Positions 12,501-27,383 of a stretch of 64,000 bases of DNA are shown here, piece by piece. Location: the NCBI GenBank assembly GCA_964035545.1, contig OZ037767.1, positions 18,568,259 through 18,632,258 of the forward strand, read 5' to 3'. Within the stretch, counting starts at the first letter, position 1. The number at the start of each line of letters is the position of its first letter. Origin of the DNA: Bugula neritina. Taxonomy: Eukaryota > Animalia > Bryozoa. The notes under the pieces are model-generated. The model did no database searches, had not been told where the DNA came from, and worked only from the letters and a program-made list of their open reading frames with translations. A program made the position numbers and the translations under genes.

Positions 12501-15500
12501 ATGATAAACTGCGATAGGTATACATACATTAAATAGCATAAATAGACGTACCTTTAGTGTGCAGCACTGGAGTGCTTCAGTGTTATAAATCCAATCACTA
12601 TTTCACACACTTAACTCGCAGTTACAACAATACAAACTAAAGCTTTTAAACACCTAGTTGTTGAATCAATATAATATGCTGTAGGCTATGCCCAAGTAGT
12701 GCTGAACTAAAACAAAACACTAGTATATATTTCTGAATGCCTGAGCCGAATGATTAGCTGATTTTACAAGCTTAGTTTGTGTATATCATGAATCAGAATG
12801 CACAGTTCTTTACCTAACTCTAGTATATCTAATGATGTAAGCCTGTGTGTGTAGTGCAGTGCATGTGCATCGCAGTGAATATATATAACTCAACATGTAC
12901 GCTTCCCTTGACACAAACATACACCCACGTATAATGAAATCAGACCAGCCAACTGTTACAGCAGAAATAACTTTACACTAAACAATAATTATGATGTAGC
13001 GGGTTCATTTCCTTAAAACTTTTGCTACAGATACACAAGAAAGGTGAAATTGTAATTAAAACTAAAGATAATTTATGAATAATAAAATAGCGTGTAATTT
13101 GCAAGCAGCTTACTTTAGCAAAACCAGTTTTCATTTCAACACCTACTAATTTTGCAGATATTGATCTTGCATTAACGTGCATGAAATACTATGGTATACT
13201 GAGCAGTTCGAAATAACAACCCAACATCTCTGCCGTAGTTTTGCTGCTTGGCTCTGCATGCATCTGTAACTTGTGTAGCACACTTCAACTTCTAGTCAAT
13301 GTCTGTTATATTTTACAACCAAAGATTACAATACATGTAGTTTTGGGATAATATTTGTACAACTAATTGCATCACTACTTTGTGATTAGGAATGGTTACA
13401 GGGATTTAATCCAAATGCTGTAACTTAAGCATGTAATTTAATTACAAAAACACCTGGTGACTAGTGATATGCCAAGAGTGCTCCAGTTCAACTATAAGGA
13501 ATGTAACCTACAAGGAACTTATAACACTAGTTTACTTACATACAGACCGGAGGGTATGGCTGGTCAGTTGATTACAATAACCTATCACATACTATATATA
13601 TTATATCATCATTTTATCACCAGTGAAAAAAGCTTATTGCGTGGGAGGTGTCTAACCAGCTGTAAGAACCAGTAAAATTATTTTTATAATGGCTATTTTT
13701 AACATCTGCAGATAACAACTGATATTGGCTCATGTAGTTCTAATTTCCCTGTCTCCAGATGTATATCTGACTTAATTAATCTTTATTCCATCAAATTGTT
13801 TGTACAAAACCTAATCAATGCATCTATGTGATGGAACAGCTGCAAAGACTCAGCTAATGTAATATTCCAAACCTTGAAACTACCCAAATTGTGTATAATT
13901 TTTATTGAGTTCTTTTAGCTGCTTTATGAAACTGACTTGGCAAAATTTATTTCAAGAAAACAACAGAAAAGGAATTCATCACCTTTGCATATCCTAGCAA
14001 CTACTTCTAGCAGGATGTTTCAACTCTCTTTAACTTGCACTGCATCCCCCACACTCATCTCCCACTCAGCAACACAACCACAGGTTTGTTATTAATTTAG
14101 ATTTCACTAATAGATATTGATCAAGTTATATATAAGTGAATTAGCCTCATCCCACTCCTAAGTTATCGCTATGTTTATCTATCCATTTTAGAGTACATTA
14201 ATTTGTATCTTGAGTCGAACATAATACTATATGCTACTTTGCAAACAACAATAGCAATCATAACATGTAGGCAAGTTTGACGTAAGTTCATTACTGCGCT
14301 GTGGCATCCCGTGCGTGTGAGATAAGACGGCTCGCTAAGCGAGAAGAATGCCGAGTGGGCGGACCTATTTGCAAATTACTCAAATACTCCGGCCTACACT
14401 CAAATGCCTCAGGAAAGAACGTTTCCATTGCAGTAATTGCAACCCACTGCAGTTGAACTAGAAGCTACTTTTCTACTGCAAAGTATTTCCTAGAACAAAT
14501 CATCAGCCAATAATAGAGGCAGCAAAAAACACAGCCACATGTAGTATTATTCTGACTTTCAGTACCTTATTTCAACCAGCCTGTACTACAGCTCGTTGTG
14601 CTTTTTGTCATACTTTCATTGAAATCCTAATTGGCATAAATTTGGCTGCTGTCCTTCAATACAAATAGTATAGAGGCATCATCAGTGTGTAGTGGCTAAG
14701 GGCCAGCAGCCTGGTGCAACTTATATTTCTCCAAACCTCAGTCTATAGCCATACTCAACTATGTACATTATAATTATTAGTAGCAGCAGATTAAATAGTC
14801 TTAGTCTATGACAGGTAGCCATGCAGGGCTGTTACACATTCATGCAGTTTCATAGAATAAAGTTGCATCTAAAGGTAATGGAGGAATTGGGACTGTACTT
14901 TATATAAGAAATATAGTAAACCAAGTTATGCTCTCACTAAAATATTAACCCATTAAGAATAGAACTTGGGCTTTTGAAATTTTTCCTTACTGCACCTAAT
15001 TGGAAAGCTATAATTAATAATTAGCACAGATTTGCATAATTTCCAAACATAAATAGTGCAATAGGATCACTTAGCAACTGATTATTTTTATTATATAATT
15101 TTCTAAGATATATACAATTATCTGTTATGATAACATTAAATAAATAAATGTAATATAAACAGAAGTTCAAATCTACCATAATAATATGTACACAATCAAC
15201 ATCCACTGTAAATGTGATTGTACAGCCTTACGTCACATTATTCTCTTCTTGGAGCCAGCTTATTATATAGTCAATGACCTGTTTAATGTGATAGAAGGAG
15301 TCTAAAGTTGTGATGACTAAGGAATAATTGTATCACTTTAGTGAGGCTTAAAAGATTAGCCTGGAATCTATCTAGCAAACATTACTGTGCAACCAGTGAA
15401 TTATGTCTTACATTGTTGTATGTAGGCAATAATTTACTTTTCTATAGTCTGGGTTATAACTGGAGAACAAAGAAATCTATTTATGGTGCTATAGCAAGAT

Positions 15501-18500
15501 TAATTTTAAAATTTATTCAAAGTTGTGAGGTCCTTCAGTTTTCTTTAATCAATAATGAAAATGGCTTAATATTTAAATAAAGTTTGGTAATATAATATAA
15601 TATATGATATATAATGCAATGTGATATTAATTTTGTTAAAACTTTACAGCTATATGCTGCAAATATACCATATATGTTGAGAGTATACTAGTAGTTTACA
15701 TAAAAAGTTATCTAATATTCCCTTTAGTTTTATATGATTTTTAGAAGCAAGGCTATAAATATTAATGTTGGTAGTTATACTGCAAATCATTGCATTTTGA
15801 TTTATCTTTTGCAGTACATAGTTATAAATGTTTTATCTACGCTAGTGCCCTAGATGGTAAAGGAACTTTTAAAAATTGAACTTTTTGTGCTTCTAAATAG
15901 TTAAGGTAAAGCCAATAAATCTACCCCTAATAAGTTCATTTTAGTTTTGTTAGAGCTACCAAGCTTTCCAGGGGTCACAGAGGTCACATATGGTCTCATC
16001 TATCAGCCCACATGTATTTATGTTGCATATTTCATGGTCTTATGCAGGAGTCCTTTATGCACAAAACAGCTCCTGATTTTGAATATATCTTCAAAAATTT
16101 GGCTCAGTGACTGATGGATTAGAAGACATAAATATTTTTTATGAAGAACAGGAATTCGAAACACCCACACAACTTTTGCTTAATGGAGGACCAGGTTGGC
16201 TTTTTGACCTGAATAAGTGTGATGAATATATATCCATATCATTCTAACAAATATCATATATATAACTGTATATTATTTATCAAGTAACATTATAATTATA
16301 TTGCCCTGGGCAGGCTGATTGAAAAAATCAGTATTCTATCACTTGTAGTTATAAATTGAATGAATGTGTGCATGAATAAGTGTTAAAACTCAAAGCTATG
16401 TTAGGATTATTTAGCTACATTTACCATGAATTGTTTTTAAGTTTATACATGATGTAATTGCTGCCAATTTTATTTGTTTCTCTGCAAGGACCTTCTATAC
16501 TCTCATAGAAAATTAATTTGTTTTTATTTTCATTGATTTTAAAGGCTTTTTGAAATAACTTCAGTGTTTTTCATGTAGCTTGTGGTTAAATTTCTTTGCA
16601 TACTATCATTTATTGTTATGTTATTTTAGATGCTTTTAGAGATGAATAACTCCGCATTCTAGGACAAAAGGCAATAGCATAAAAACGTATTTCCTCTCAG
16701 TAGACATGAACCTTATAAATAGCAAGCACCTTACATTGCATGCCCACTGAAAAGTGTCACGTATCCTGTACTTGAAACCTGTCTAGATATTAGCAAGTTA
16801 TATTGTTATGATATTACAATGCACACTTGTAGCACCTGCCAAAACTGTCAAGGTAGTATACTAAACAAGCATTTGCAGTGACTGCCAAAGGATTGAGGTG
16901 TCATTCAACAACAGGATGCACTTATTTAAACAACCTCAGTTAAATTATAAAATAAAGCAACAAGGAGATAATGTAAGCTAATATCTTATTCATTCATGAA
17001 CAGTTGAAAAATGCATACTCAGCTTGCATATTATACAAATGAAATCATATTATTTGTTTATATAATTAGATGGCAATTCTTTATATTCATGTTGCTTTAT
17101 TAATCCATTTTTTTTATAAGACTTATGACACAAGCCTCATCTTCACATAGCTATAATAATTGCCATTTTGGAAAAGCTGATTTTTTTCAATTTAAAAGAT
17201 GTCCTTCTCAATACTTAATGACGTTGATAATGTGAACAAGCTTATTTATATAAAATTTCTGGCTTAACTGTTGTAGTGCTTGTTTGACTACTAATATTCC
17301 ACAAGGCAATACACTGATTGCCAAGTAAAACTATTTCCCTTAGAATAATTACTTAGCAATAGTTTGGATTCTAGAGTTAACCCTATCTTCTAAATATGCA
17401 TGAACGAGTGGTATGGCTACATTAGATGTGAAATGGTTTAATACATTATATCATAAGCTGAAACATTGCATTTCAAAACACTCAACTTTTCATATCCCTG
17501 TGTGGAATAGTTTCGTCTAACAGAAGTGAAACATAACCTATACATACCCTTAGCATAGAGGCTTGCACCAATTTCAAAATCCTTCCGTGTCCTTATACAT
17601 AGTTATTACCCAGTAAAAAGCTATACTGTAATCTGTAATGACTTTCACTCTACACTTGGCAATATACTTGAACAGCTGTTACCCTATCTTTTATTGGTCA
17701 GCTGCTGAAGTTAATGCACTTAAACTTTGAATGACCTTCATCACATTACATACTAAATTACTTCATGATATACATTGCAGTTCATCTTATAGGTTAGCTC
17801 ACTCAGCCCACGCCAGAGTACCCTTGCATACTCTTTGTAAATTAGCTAACATGTGACACATGATCTTATCAATGTGATGTTTTCTAAGTTATTACAATCT
17901 GATGTCTTTCCTTCTGTAACTAATCATAATATTATATGTATGTTTATGTGAAATATTTGCTATAGAAGGACATTCAATCAATCTGTGTATAAAGTTGCGT
18001 TTATACCTCTGCTGAAAAAAGTACCGAGTTTAAGTTAATAATGCTTGTCCGGGTACCCCTTTATAGTCAAACCGAAACTCGTTGAAATCATATTGATGCG
18101 GTTGCTCACTTTCTGAAATTGAAATTTGACTCGCATAATAGCTATGTGATGCCCTTTGTAAACGTCGTGAATTAGTGAAGCGGAAAGCATAAAAGCGATA
18201 ATTGAGAAGGCGTAGGCTATATAATTATAACCGTATAAGTACGTTGTCTAATCGCCAAAGTAATAACTAAATAACGATGTTTACAAGGAGTTATTACTCC
18301 TATTCTAAAATTGGCCGATTAAGTTATCACAGTACAAAAATTTCAACGGGTGGCTTTTACAATGCAATGCAACTCGGAGAAATTTCAACCCGGCCAAATT
18401 GAAATTTTGACCGAAAATCGTGAAGGTATAAACGCAACTTAATAGATGAAACTCAAAAGCAACATGAAACACTGGACATTTTATATAAATTTCATAATTA

Positions 18501-19372
18501 GCAACTTGAAAAAAAGTTTTACAAGATCTTCAGGATGCAAATATAACTGTAATACAGATTTTATTCCACAATGATGAGTTATTTTCTGTCCTAACAGTGA
18601 AGCTGAACCCCCACATGCAGTATGCGTGACCAGAATCTTTCAGCCTTAAGGAATTTCAATGTTTATAAACTACCTTTCCTTTTACCTACAGGCAATAATG
18701 TATGCATGCCTTGGAGAAGTAGTATTGAAGCATTTTAAAAAATATAAAAGCGATTTTTTTTTTTACTATAAAAGGTACCAAAATCATGCTTGAGCTACAT
18801 AAACCATACTAAGATCCGTCCAGATGATGTTTTGCATAGTGATATAGTGGAAATGATATATTTATAACTTTGTAAGTTAACTTATAGTACTGAAATTATT
18901 TAAACATAATATATACTAGTACCATAGTATTATGACATAAAGCCCTGAGTATAAATTATTACCTACATAATAATATGTTATTGACAGCAATAAATTAACT
19001 AGAGCCATGCTAATTAAAGTTATGTAACAATTTTAGCTAATAATTAATAAATTCACAAAGTACTGATGGAGTGAATGAGCTGAAATACTAGGATATATTA
19101 TATTGCATGGACAGTGAATGTTGCAAGCTACGATCATTATGAAAACATGTATGGATTAGTGCAGGGGTGTCCAACCTTTTTAGAGCGAGGGCCACTAAAA
19201 GGGAATATTCCATGGCAAGGGCCACATTGTAAACTGTAGCTTGTGCTGGGGGGGGGGGGCACATATTTGAATGCTTAACAAGTGCATGTATATCCAGTTC
19301 TTGTCTACTATTCTCTCTTGAACTTTCGAATTCTTTTTATTACATGTTGATGGTGCGGGTGGGAGGAGTTTG

Positions 19373-19452
<80 letters not shown>

Positions 19453-22400
19453 CATGCAGGCGTTGATGGAGATAAACTGAATTACAATTTGCTTTTTGCT
19501 TGTCCTAATTTCGTTCAAAGTTAGTCAATTATACAAACTGTTTTGATTAATTGGTATACATTTTAGTGATTTTTTTTGTTAATTGTTGGCTAAATTTTCA
19601 TATATTAAGTTCACAATGAATACTGAATTAAACTTAACTATAACATTAATGTAGTCAAATCTGTCACTTATAAACACTCCATATTCATACAGAAAGTAAC
19701 GCAATGACTAATTGTAGCTTCACATACTCTTATATACTATAATATGCATGAAGCACAACTAAAACTGAGAAGTTCTACTTTTTTAATAGATAAATTCCTA
19801 ACTGAGTGCAAACTTAATCAGATTGCTGGGTTGCCATCACACTCACCCCACTCAAATGTAGAACAGCTGCAATTAAACATTCTGGTTGTAAACAAGAAGT
19901 CGCAACTCTTCATGAAATACTTTATTGACAGAAGAGTTAGTGTATTAATATTTATTACTCATGGCTCTACAGGCAAAGCGATAATAATATTAAAATAACT
20001 TGATAGTTCAACACCACTGCTGCAATGCCTGCCGTAATACCTGCCTGCATGACACATTTATTATACGTTGGTCTGTCGAGATAAATTTATTTGTGAAAAT
20101 GATGATATTTGTATTATATATATGAGCAATAAAATGGTTATAACAAGGTTAGCACAACACTGACTAGGAATCACAAGATAAGAAATATAATTACTTGGCA
20201 TAGTAGAATATATACAAAAAATATATTTTAGTTAATAAAAGTGTTTTATGTATAGCAGCATACCTATTAGACACTCCTATTAAAACTGTGGGCAATAATT
20301 TACCGAGCTACAAAATAAATTAAAAGATTAACAATTCACATTATAATAGTAATTATAAATTAAGTTAAAGCTTGTAATTTATTTTATATAGTCCAAAGCT
20401 TTGTATAAATAAAGCTTGATGCTTTTGACAAATATGATTTTTGTGAATATTTGATTAGAATTACCAGGGGTTTGTGTTGAAGTTTTATATAAGTTTCAGG
20501 CCTATTAGTGTTAATGGTGTAAAAGTCATAAAATAAGGGCTTCTGAATTAGATTTTCAAGTTTTGGAAGTATAAACTACTTTGCCCATTGGCCGGTGCTA
20601 CTTCTAATTTTAAAACTAGATATACGAGCAAAACTTCCTACCAATAGGCGGTGAGTGGTCGACCAGACTTATCTGCAACAGACTGAGGTTGTGAGCTTTT
20701 CCCAGGCTTTGATATTTTCTTGGGTGAACTTCTGGGAGATTTCAGAGCTGTTAGTTTAGTTGGGTGTAGATATCGAGGGGAAGCAACTTCAGTAGCTTGT
20801 AGTACATTGGTAGTTTCTACTTCATAGATAGACTGAAAATCTTCACAAATAGTCTGAGAATCTGCATGCACATCGGCCCTTGGCAAGTAGATGCTCATCT
20901 CTGCCGAAACTTTCTCTTCTAAAATGTTATAATGTCACATAGAGTTCACATCTTATTAGCTATAATTAGTAGATATATGACTTCTACGTGAATCATGCAT
21001 TTCCTTATTATTGTCATAGTCAGCATCTATATATAATGCTTGTGTAGGTATTGCTAAACAGTTAGTTAGTTGCTAGATTCCAAAGTGTTATTATCATTTT
21101 ATATTCATAGTAGTTGTACCAAATAAATCAACATGTAAAACATTACAAGTCAGCACCATCCTGTCACACACCATCATGCATACCATTATAACATCAAATA
21201 AAGTAAGCAGCTTAGAGGTTACCCGTATCATGGACAGGCCTACAATACCTATGTATTATCTTATTTGAAGCCATTTCTGAATTTAATTATTATTTTTAGC
21301 CACCAAGTAGCAGTTGATTAAATTTTTAAACATAATAATACAGCTTGTGGAATGGAATCATGCTTGCGATTGAAAGTAAAGCAAGAAAAGAAGCAAATTG
21401 AATATAATATACATGTATGTTTTGCTACTCATTAAATTGAAACATTTTTTGTTGTAAAAAGCATCGTGTATGAAGAGTACGTGGATGTGATTGGTAAACA
21501 ATTCAAAATTTCAACGCCGAGGTGAAAAAAATCTTTTGAATATTTTCAAGTTTAATTAACCATAAGTGCCTAATGAAAAATACAGGGAGATGCAACTCTA
21601 AAAGCAATTTTTATGAGTTGATATGGATTGAAAAACAACACACAGATTTGTATTGCTGTAAATGCAAATTTAAATTTTGGAAAACAATCCCAGTATTATA
21701 TATGGCAAACTGTGAAGTATGATTTAAAACCTTTTTTACCACAAAAAAGGAATTTTTACCTGTTTGCAGATGTTGGGGAAAGTCACTTGGATTTATCTCC
21801 TCTCTTTCTTTCAGATGCAGACGCTTGCTTTCTCTAATGACTGTCAGGCCTTTCCATGACTTTATTGGTGGCACCAGTTGGAGTTGTCTCCCGGATTTCT
21901 GCTCATTCACAATAATTGAATAAATAAAATTAACGCAGAAAATAAATATGATATGCAGCTTTCAGTTGAAAAAATTGAATACATAGATGCTAATTCGCTA
22001 TTATAAGCTTTTAGACAAAATTTAAGGTTACTGCATGTGTCGTGTGCTAATAGTAGTTGTTTGTTATTAAAGAATCAAAATGTTGTTCTGGCATAAAAAA
22101 ATATTTGTCTGAAAAAAAACTAAAAAAGTAAATAGCATTAGAACTTATATTACATATACCTCTACATATTACACTCATACAATGAAGTACTAACAGCATA
22201 TAACAATTTTAACCTCTTTTCTGCATAGGCTATTATATTGTAGGACTGATTTTTTATTGCACATCTTTTTATGTATATTTGTAGTGCAACGAAAACTTTT
22301 TGTAAGCTATGTAGTATAATGACTAAAGCTTTGTTATTGACAACTAATTTTCATATATCAAGTTTTGTTGTATGTATGGCTGATTAAAAATAATTATCAA

Positions 22401-25400
22401 GTTATCGGGAACCCGAAATAGTTTTTAAAAACAATCCTCACATGTTTTACAATTGGGCTGTATATCTGGTAAATTTTCCGTTATTAAAAACTCGTCAGCG
22501 GCATACTTATACCAACAGGTACAGTAAATGACGTCAAAAGCTTCATAACTAAATTATATAAGCAGTTTTCCCTCTACAACTTATAGAAATAATTATTTTC
22601 AAACTCTTTAAGATCATAGGAGCTAGTAATGTAACTCACTCGTGTGTCTAGTTGAGAAGTAGTGTGAGGTCTGCTCAATGGTGCATGCTGACATGTGTGC
22701 TGCTGCCGCCACACCTGTCCCTCGTTCTCTTTTCTGTTTCTCTCTTCGAGTTCCCTAGTTTGTTCTTCTAGCGTCTTCTGTAGCAGGATGAGTCTCTTCT
22801 GTCGGTTCAGCTCACTGGTGGTGTTGAACACAAGTCGCCCTCTCACAGTGTCTGTGTTGAGATACATCTGTCTCAGTCTCTCAGAACTGGCTGATGGCAA
22901 CCTTCGAGGGAATGCGTTGTGTTGACCTTGACATTAAAAAGAAAATAACATGATTCAATAACATAATATGATATTACATTACATAATATGATATTAAATA
23001 ATATAATTATTGTAATCTATTGTAATATATTATAATTTTACAGTAGTTTCTTTGTATGGAATAAAAGCCAAGTTTGACAACAACTCATCTACATTTATAG
23101 ATCTGCACATCATACATTTTTGTTTTCTGATATCAAACACTAGTTTTCTAGAAAATAAAGAGAATGAAACTGCCAGTGAAGCTTCTGGGCAACATTTTTT
23201 ATAGACATGTGACTAAGTGCGCTTTCAGATTTCCTATACGTATAGGGGTAGCTGTAGAGCGTGTAGGCCCTACTTGATGACCATTCGGTAACCGTCGATG
23301 AGCCCCACTAGGCTGCGGTTAGGGAATCCAAAAGCGCCCTAAGTGAAAATTAGTTCTTTGAAATACTTTGGTAATTCTTTCATAGATCGAGGCAGAGCCA
23401 TATGTTCTGATTATACTTTCTATATCTCTTTATAGGGGTTTGAAGCTAGCACCAAACTAGGCATGGCTAACTTATTGTTGCATAACTCACTAGAAATGTA
23501 AAATATAAGCTCACAACCTTCTGTACTGTAATGTTTTAGTAATTAGTAACACAGGGCAAGAAACCTGTTTTGTCATCTACTTGTTATTTCACCCTTGTTG
23601 TAAGAGTCATGTCAGGGCAGCAACAAGATATCTGGTCAACACACTATGTTTTTGTGAACTTATAAAGTTAAACTAAATAGATCAGTCTAGATATGTGCGA
23701 CAAGCTACAAAGGGATTCCTTTGCTGCTCTTATCATATAATAATATAATAACAGTAATTGTACTACTTGCAACCTACAGTATGCATTCACTGCATCTAGT
23801 GTTTAATCAATGGATAGATTTAAATTATTAATATTTATCATTGAAATTACTCCTATTTGCGCACTCCGTACCATAAGGAAAAGCTATGGAAAACTACGTA
23901 AATAGATTGTGGCACTTATGTAGATATATAACTATAATTATTGGAATGTTATTATTTCTAAACTGAAAATACTGGAATATTTTGATCAGTTTCTACAATT
24001 TCAACACTTGCAAGCAAACACGACATTTTCAATAATTTAGCAACTATCTTATAATTTAGAAATGAATTCATGCAATAATATATAAACTACTGTTAAATGA
24101 ATAAATTAGGATAAATATGCTTTATTGTGAGTAGGACTTGCTATAAATTATAGTTGGGTGGTACAAAGAAAGTGAAAATATTATACGAATACATAAAACA
24201 TTAGCTATGTATATAAACTGTGATAGCTGAATGCTTTTCATATAAGCTTTTTCTTTAACAGCTTGCATAGTCACATAATTTTACTACAATAACCACTAGT
24301 TAAATAATAATAAGTGCATCAGACCAAATGCTTTAGCACAGTTATAAACTCTGCTATAGTAACATGCTGCTGCCAACAATAATATTTTACTCCAAATTTC
24401 TTACACTATCTGTAGCAAACATTGCACTAATAAATCTTTAATTACCTGCATAAATAAACTTACATTAAAGAACTGAGCCTCATTGTTTAAATGAGCAAAA
24501 TCATTTCGGGGTTTGTGCTGCACTGATTTATAAAAATTAAACATAATAACTTATGCCTAATGAAGAACTTTCAAGTTAAAAAGCTCAGATAACAATTATT
24601 TTGATCTATAATTTTTTAAAATCGAATATATTATTCACGCATCTCTTATAATTGATTATATAAGCATAGTTTATGCATTTTAAAAAATGTAAAGAGTCAA
24701 GTTATATAGGCCTATTACTGCTTTTTCATTATAGGTGTTATATCTTAACCATCTGAACGCATTGTATATTTAATTATATAAATGCTTGCTTTAGTTAAAA
24801 ATATTTGTAGGCTACCCATTTTAAAACTCGGTATAATAATTTTGATCAGTTATTAAACTCTATAAAACTGACATGATTTGACACATCTTACAAACTGTCT
24901 TGAGACAACAAGTTATCTATAAGCACCACGTAATGGCAATTTTCTGGCATGCAAGTTTTACCTAAAAATTCCTAATATAATTCAAAGGAAGATAATACTG
25001 CTCATGCTTTTAATCAATATTCCAACTATCATAAGCACTAAGTTTTGTCAAAATAGTTTACAGGTTTGAAAGATATCACTATATCACAAATTTTTATTTA
25101 TAATTAAAGGCTATAAATTAAAATCGACCAACCTGGATGTATTTGACGTGTACATTGAGTTTTAATGTTCCAATCATATATTTCAGCTGTAGATGCTGAT
25201 TTCTTTCTTGTTTGACTCTTTAAGCACCTATCAGATGTTTTGGAGTTTGTAGTTTTGGGTCGAAAAGAAGTAGGTTTTCTTATTCTTGATTCAGATTCTG
25301 GTGCAGCTAAAGACATTTTATTTCTTAGTAAAACAGCTATAATTTTATCTATTTTTGTTCTCACCGCAGGTTGATCACTTACGTTAGTGTTGGTGGGACC

Positions 25401-25632
25401 TTATAATAGCTATCCTCTGTTGCTGTAGTCTTGGAATAACTGATCTACCTATACTCTGCAGCTGTGACGGTAAATAGCTAGTCTACACACACCTTGTTGA
25501 TGCTACCTTACAATAGCTAAAGCTATGAGGACGTAGTGTAGATTCCCCTTGAACTCTTCTAGTGCTAGGAACTTGAATAGATCTTCTGCTCAAGGTTGAA
25601 AGGCTGATCATTTGTTTGCATGAATAATGCAT
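9537..25632 (-). CDS. Uncharacterised ~542-aa protein: basic disordered N-terminus with RPx(S/T) motifs, coiled coils and a C-terminal helical domain
   Basis: Phase-consistent GT-AG chain 25632-25512, 25306-25133, 22926-22640, 21898-21760, 20918-20642, 12597-12552, 11703-11651, 10490-10339, 9916-9537 with no internal stops. The first exon and the two small exons are less certain (alternative ATG at 25316). Confidence 0.72.
9982..10082. repeat. Degenerate ~20-bp tandem repeat (ctgtatgacagataata)
   Basis: About five imperfect copies in the last intron of the uncharacterised gene. Confidence 0.65.
17993..18439. mobile_element. PIF/Harbinger-type MITE
   Basis: TIRs AGTTGCGTTTATACCT / AGGTATAAACGCAACT with TAA TSD. 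Confidence 0.8.
19162..19230 (+). mobile_element. hAT element terminal fragment
   Basis: CAGGGGTGTCCAACCTTTT...GAGGGCCAC is a typical hAT/Charlie end; partner end not found. Confidence 0.6.
19375..19448. repeat. (TA)n microsatellite
   Basis: Direct. Confidence 0.98.
23217..23339. mobile_element. Short PIF/Harbinger-type MITE
   Basis: Imperfect TIRs gtgcgctttcagatttcct / agggaatccaaaagcgccc; TAA TSD. Confidence 0.65.
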
Positions 25633-26323
25633 TATTGATAGTCGGAGAGTAAAGATAATACATCCCAAAGGATAGCTGTGATCAATGAACACATGTGACT
25701 ACTCTTTGACAGTTTCCTAAATATAAACCGTATCCCACGTTTAGACCAAAGTTTTTTTATTATTTATAGCTTTGAAGGTGGCTAGTTTATATACCTGAAC
25801 GCACTGTAGGCATACTGAGTACTAAGTTAGTTTATAAACTAACACTTTTTTTGCTCAACTGAAAATTTAAAAAAAGACTTAATAGACTAACTGCCAGAAG
25901 TTGTTAAGGGAGGGAAATTGTACCCACTGATTTCAACAAACATCGGTGGTTTGACATGCTGTTTCTTTTATTTAGAAAAATGGCTATGAGTTGTTGAAGT
26001 GTATATCAAAGTAAACCAAAAAAGACAGGCTTGCAATGCAGGTGTCACAGGGTTTGCAACTTGAAAGCTTGATCTCTTTAGTCAATATCTATACAAAAGA
26101 TATTGATTAGCATTGTTACACTGAATCTAATTAACTATTGTAGATACACAAAGGTTATAAATCACTATACACAATAGATCCTCTTTGTCAATATTAAATA
26201 AATCAATCATAGTTAGTCAGCACAACACTCCTGAGTTAGCTCCATAAAGATGAAATAGCAAAACCTATGACTTCATGCTTACTAGACAAATGCTCTAACC
26301 TCTAGGCCACGGATGCTCTTTTG

Positions 26324-26516
<193 letters not shown>

Positions 26517-27003
26517 ATAGAAAATATAAAAGCAATTGATGGGTGTGTCTGGAAAATGCAGATTAGCTAATGGGAGTTGCACCCTCATGTGACTACTGAT
26601 AACCTGTAGACAGCTATGAGGGGGGGGGGGGGGGTTAAGACTATGCTTCAGTAATTTGTTACAAAATATTCTATAGTTCTTTGACTAACACTGTTTATAC
26701 ATTATATAGATATTTGATACTGAAGACTTCGACAAGAACTGCAGATGCTTGTTTTGATAGGTTTCTTTAAGAATTTCATAAGTGACTACCATGACATTTG
26801 TCCTAATACTGTGAATACTTATTCTAAGAATGATAATATTATACAAAATAACTGTGACTTCAACTATGAGCGTAGGTATTACTGCAGTTTTTACCTACAC
26901 TATTACTGTAACTATATAGCTGTATATCAGAAATTAATTAGTGGTAATGTTATAAAAACAATGATTTTCTTGGTTGCAGCTCTAACAACTGCCGACACAC
27001 TAA

Positions 27004-27383
27004 AGGCTTGGCCTCATGCTCGTGAGAATCACACGAAATAGTGTGACGATTTTTGTGAGTTATCCTCTCGTTATGACCAGCGACGCACTCGTTTAATGAA
27101 ACACATAATAAATATGTCTTGAATGAGTCTTGCATGATATACAAAGAGCAGAAAATTGTCAAATAGAGAAATGTGGTAGAAATGAAATAATTACTGTTGC
27201 TAAAATTCTATCGACCAATCAAATGGTGCTTATCATCCATTGTGATTCTTTATCCATCTTCATCGTTGTGTACACCCAACAAAGACGATTTCGTTTGAGT
27301 TTTCTTAAAGTTTCTCGTATGATTGTTTTTTTCGTGTCAAATAGACGATTTTGTATGATTCTCACAAGCGTGTGGCCAAGCCT
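27004..27383. mobile_element. PIF/Harbinger-type MITE
   Basis: TIRs aggcttggcctcatgctcgtgagaatca / tgattctcacaagcgtgtggccaagcct; a related end fragment occurs at ~53469-53530. Confidence 0.8.

Noticed and set aside
15900-16210. Possible DNA transposon fragment starting ttaaggtaaagcc
   Set aside because: No matching second terminus or second copy found in the window
19829-19967. Candidate extra - strand exon with good AG/GT signals
   Set aside because: Stops in all three frames soon after the acceptor; not needed by the gene model
20638-20643. Possible splice-generated TGA (selenocysteine/readthrough) joining 20642 to 10490
   Set aside because: Intervening exons 12597-12552 and 11703-11651 give a stop-free, phase-correct path
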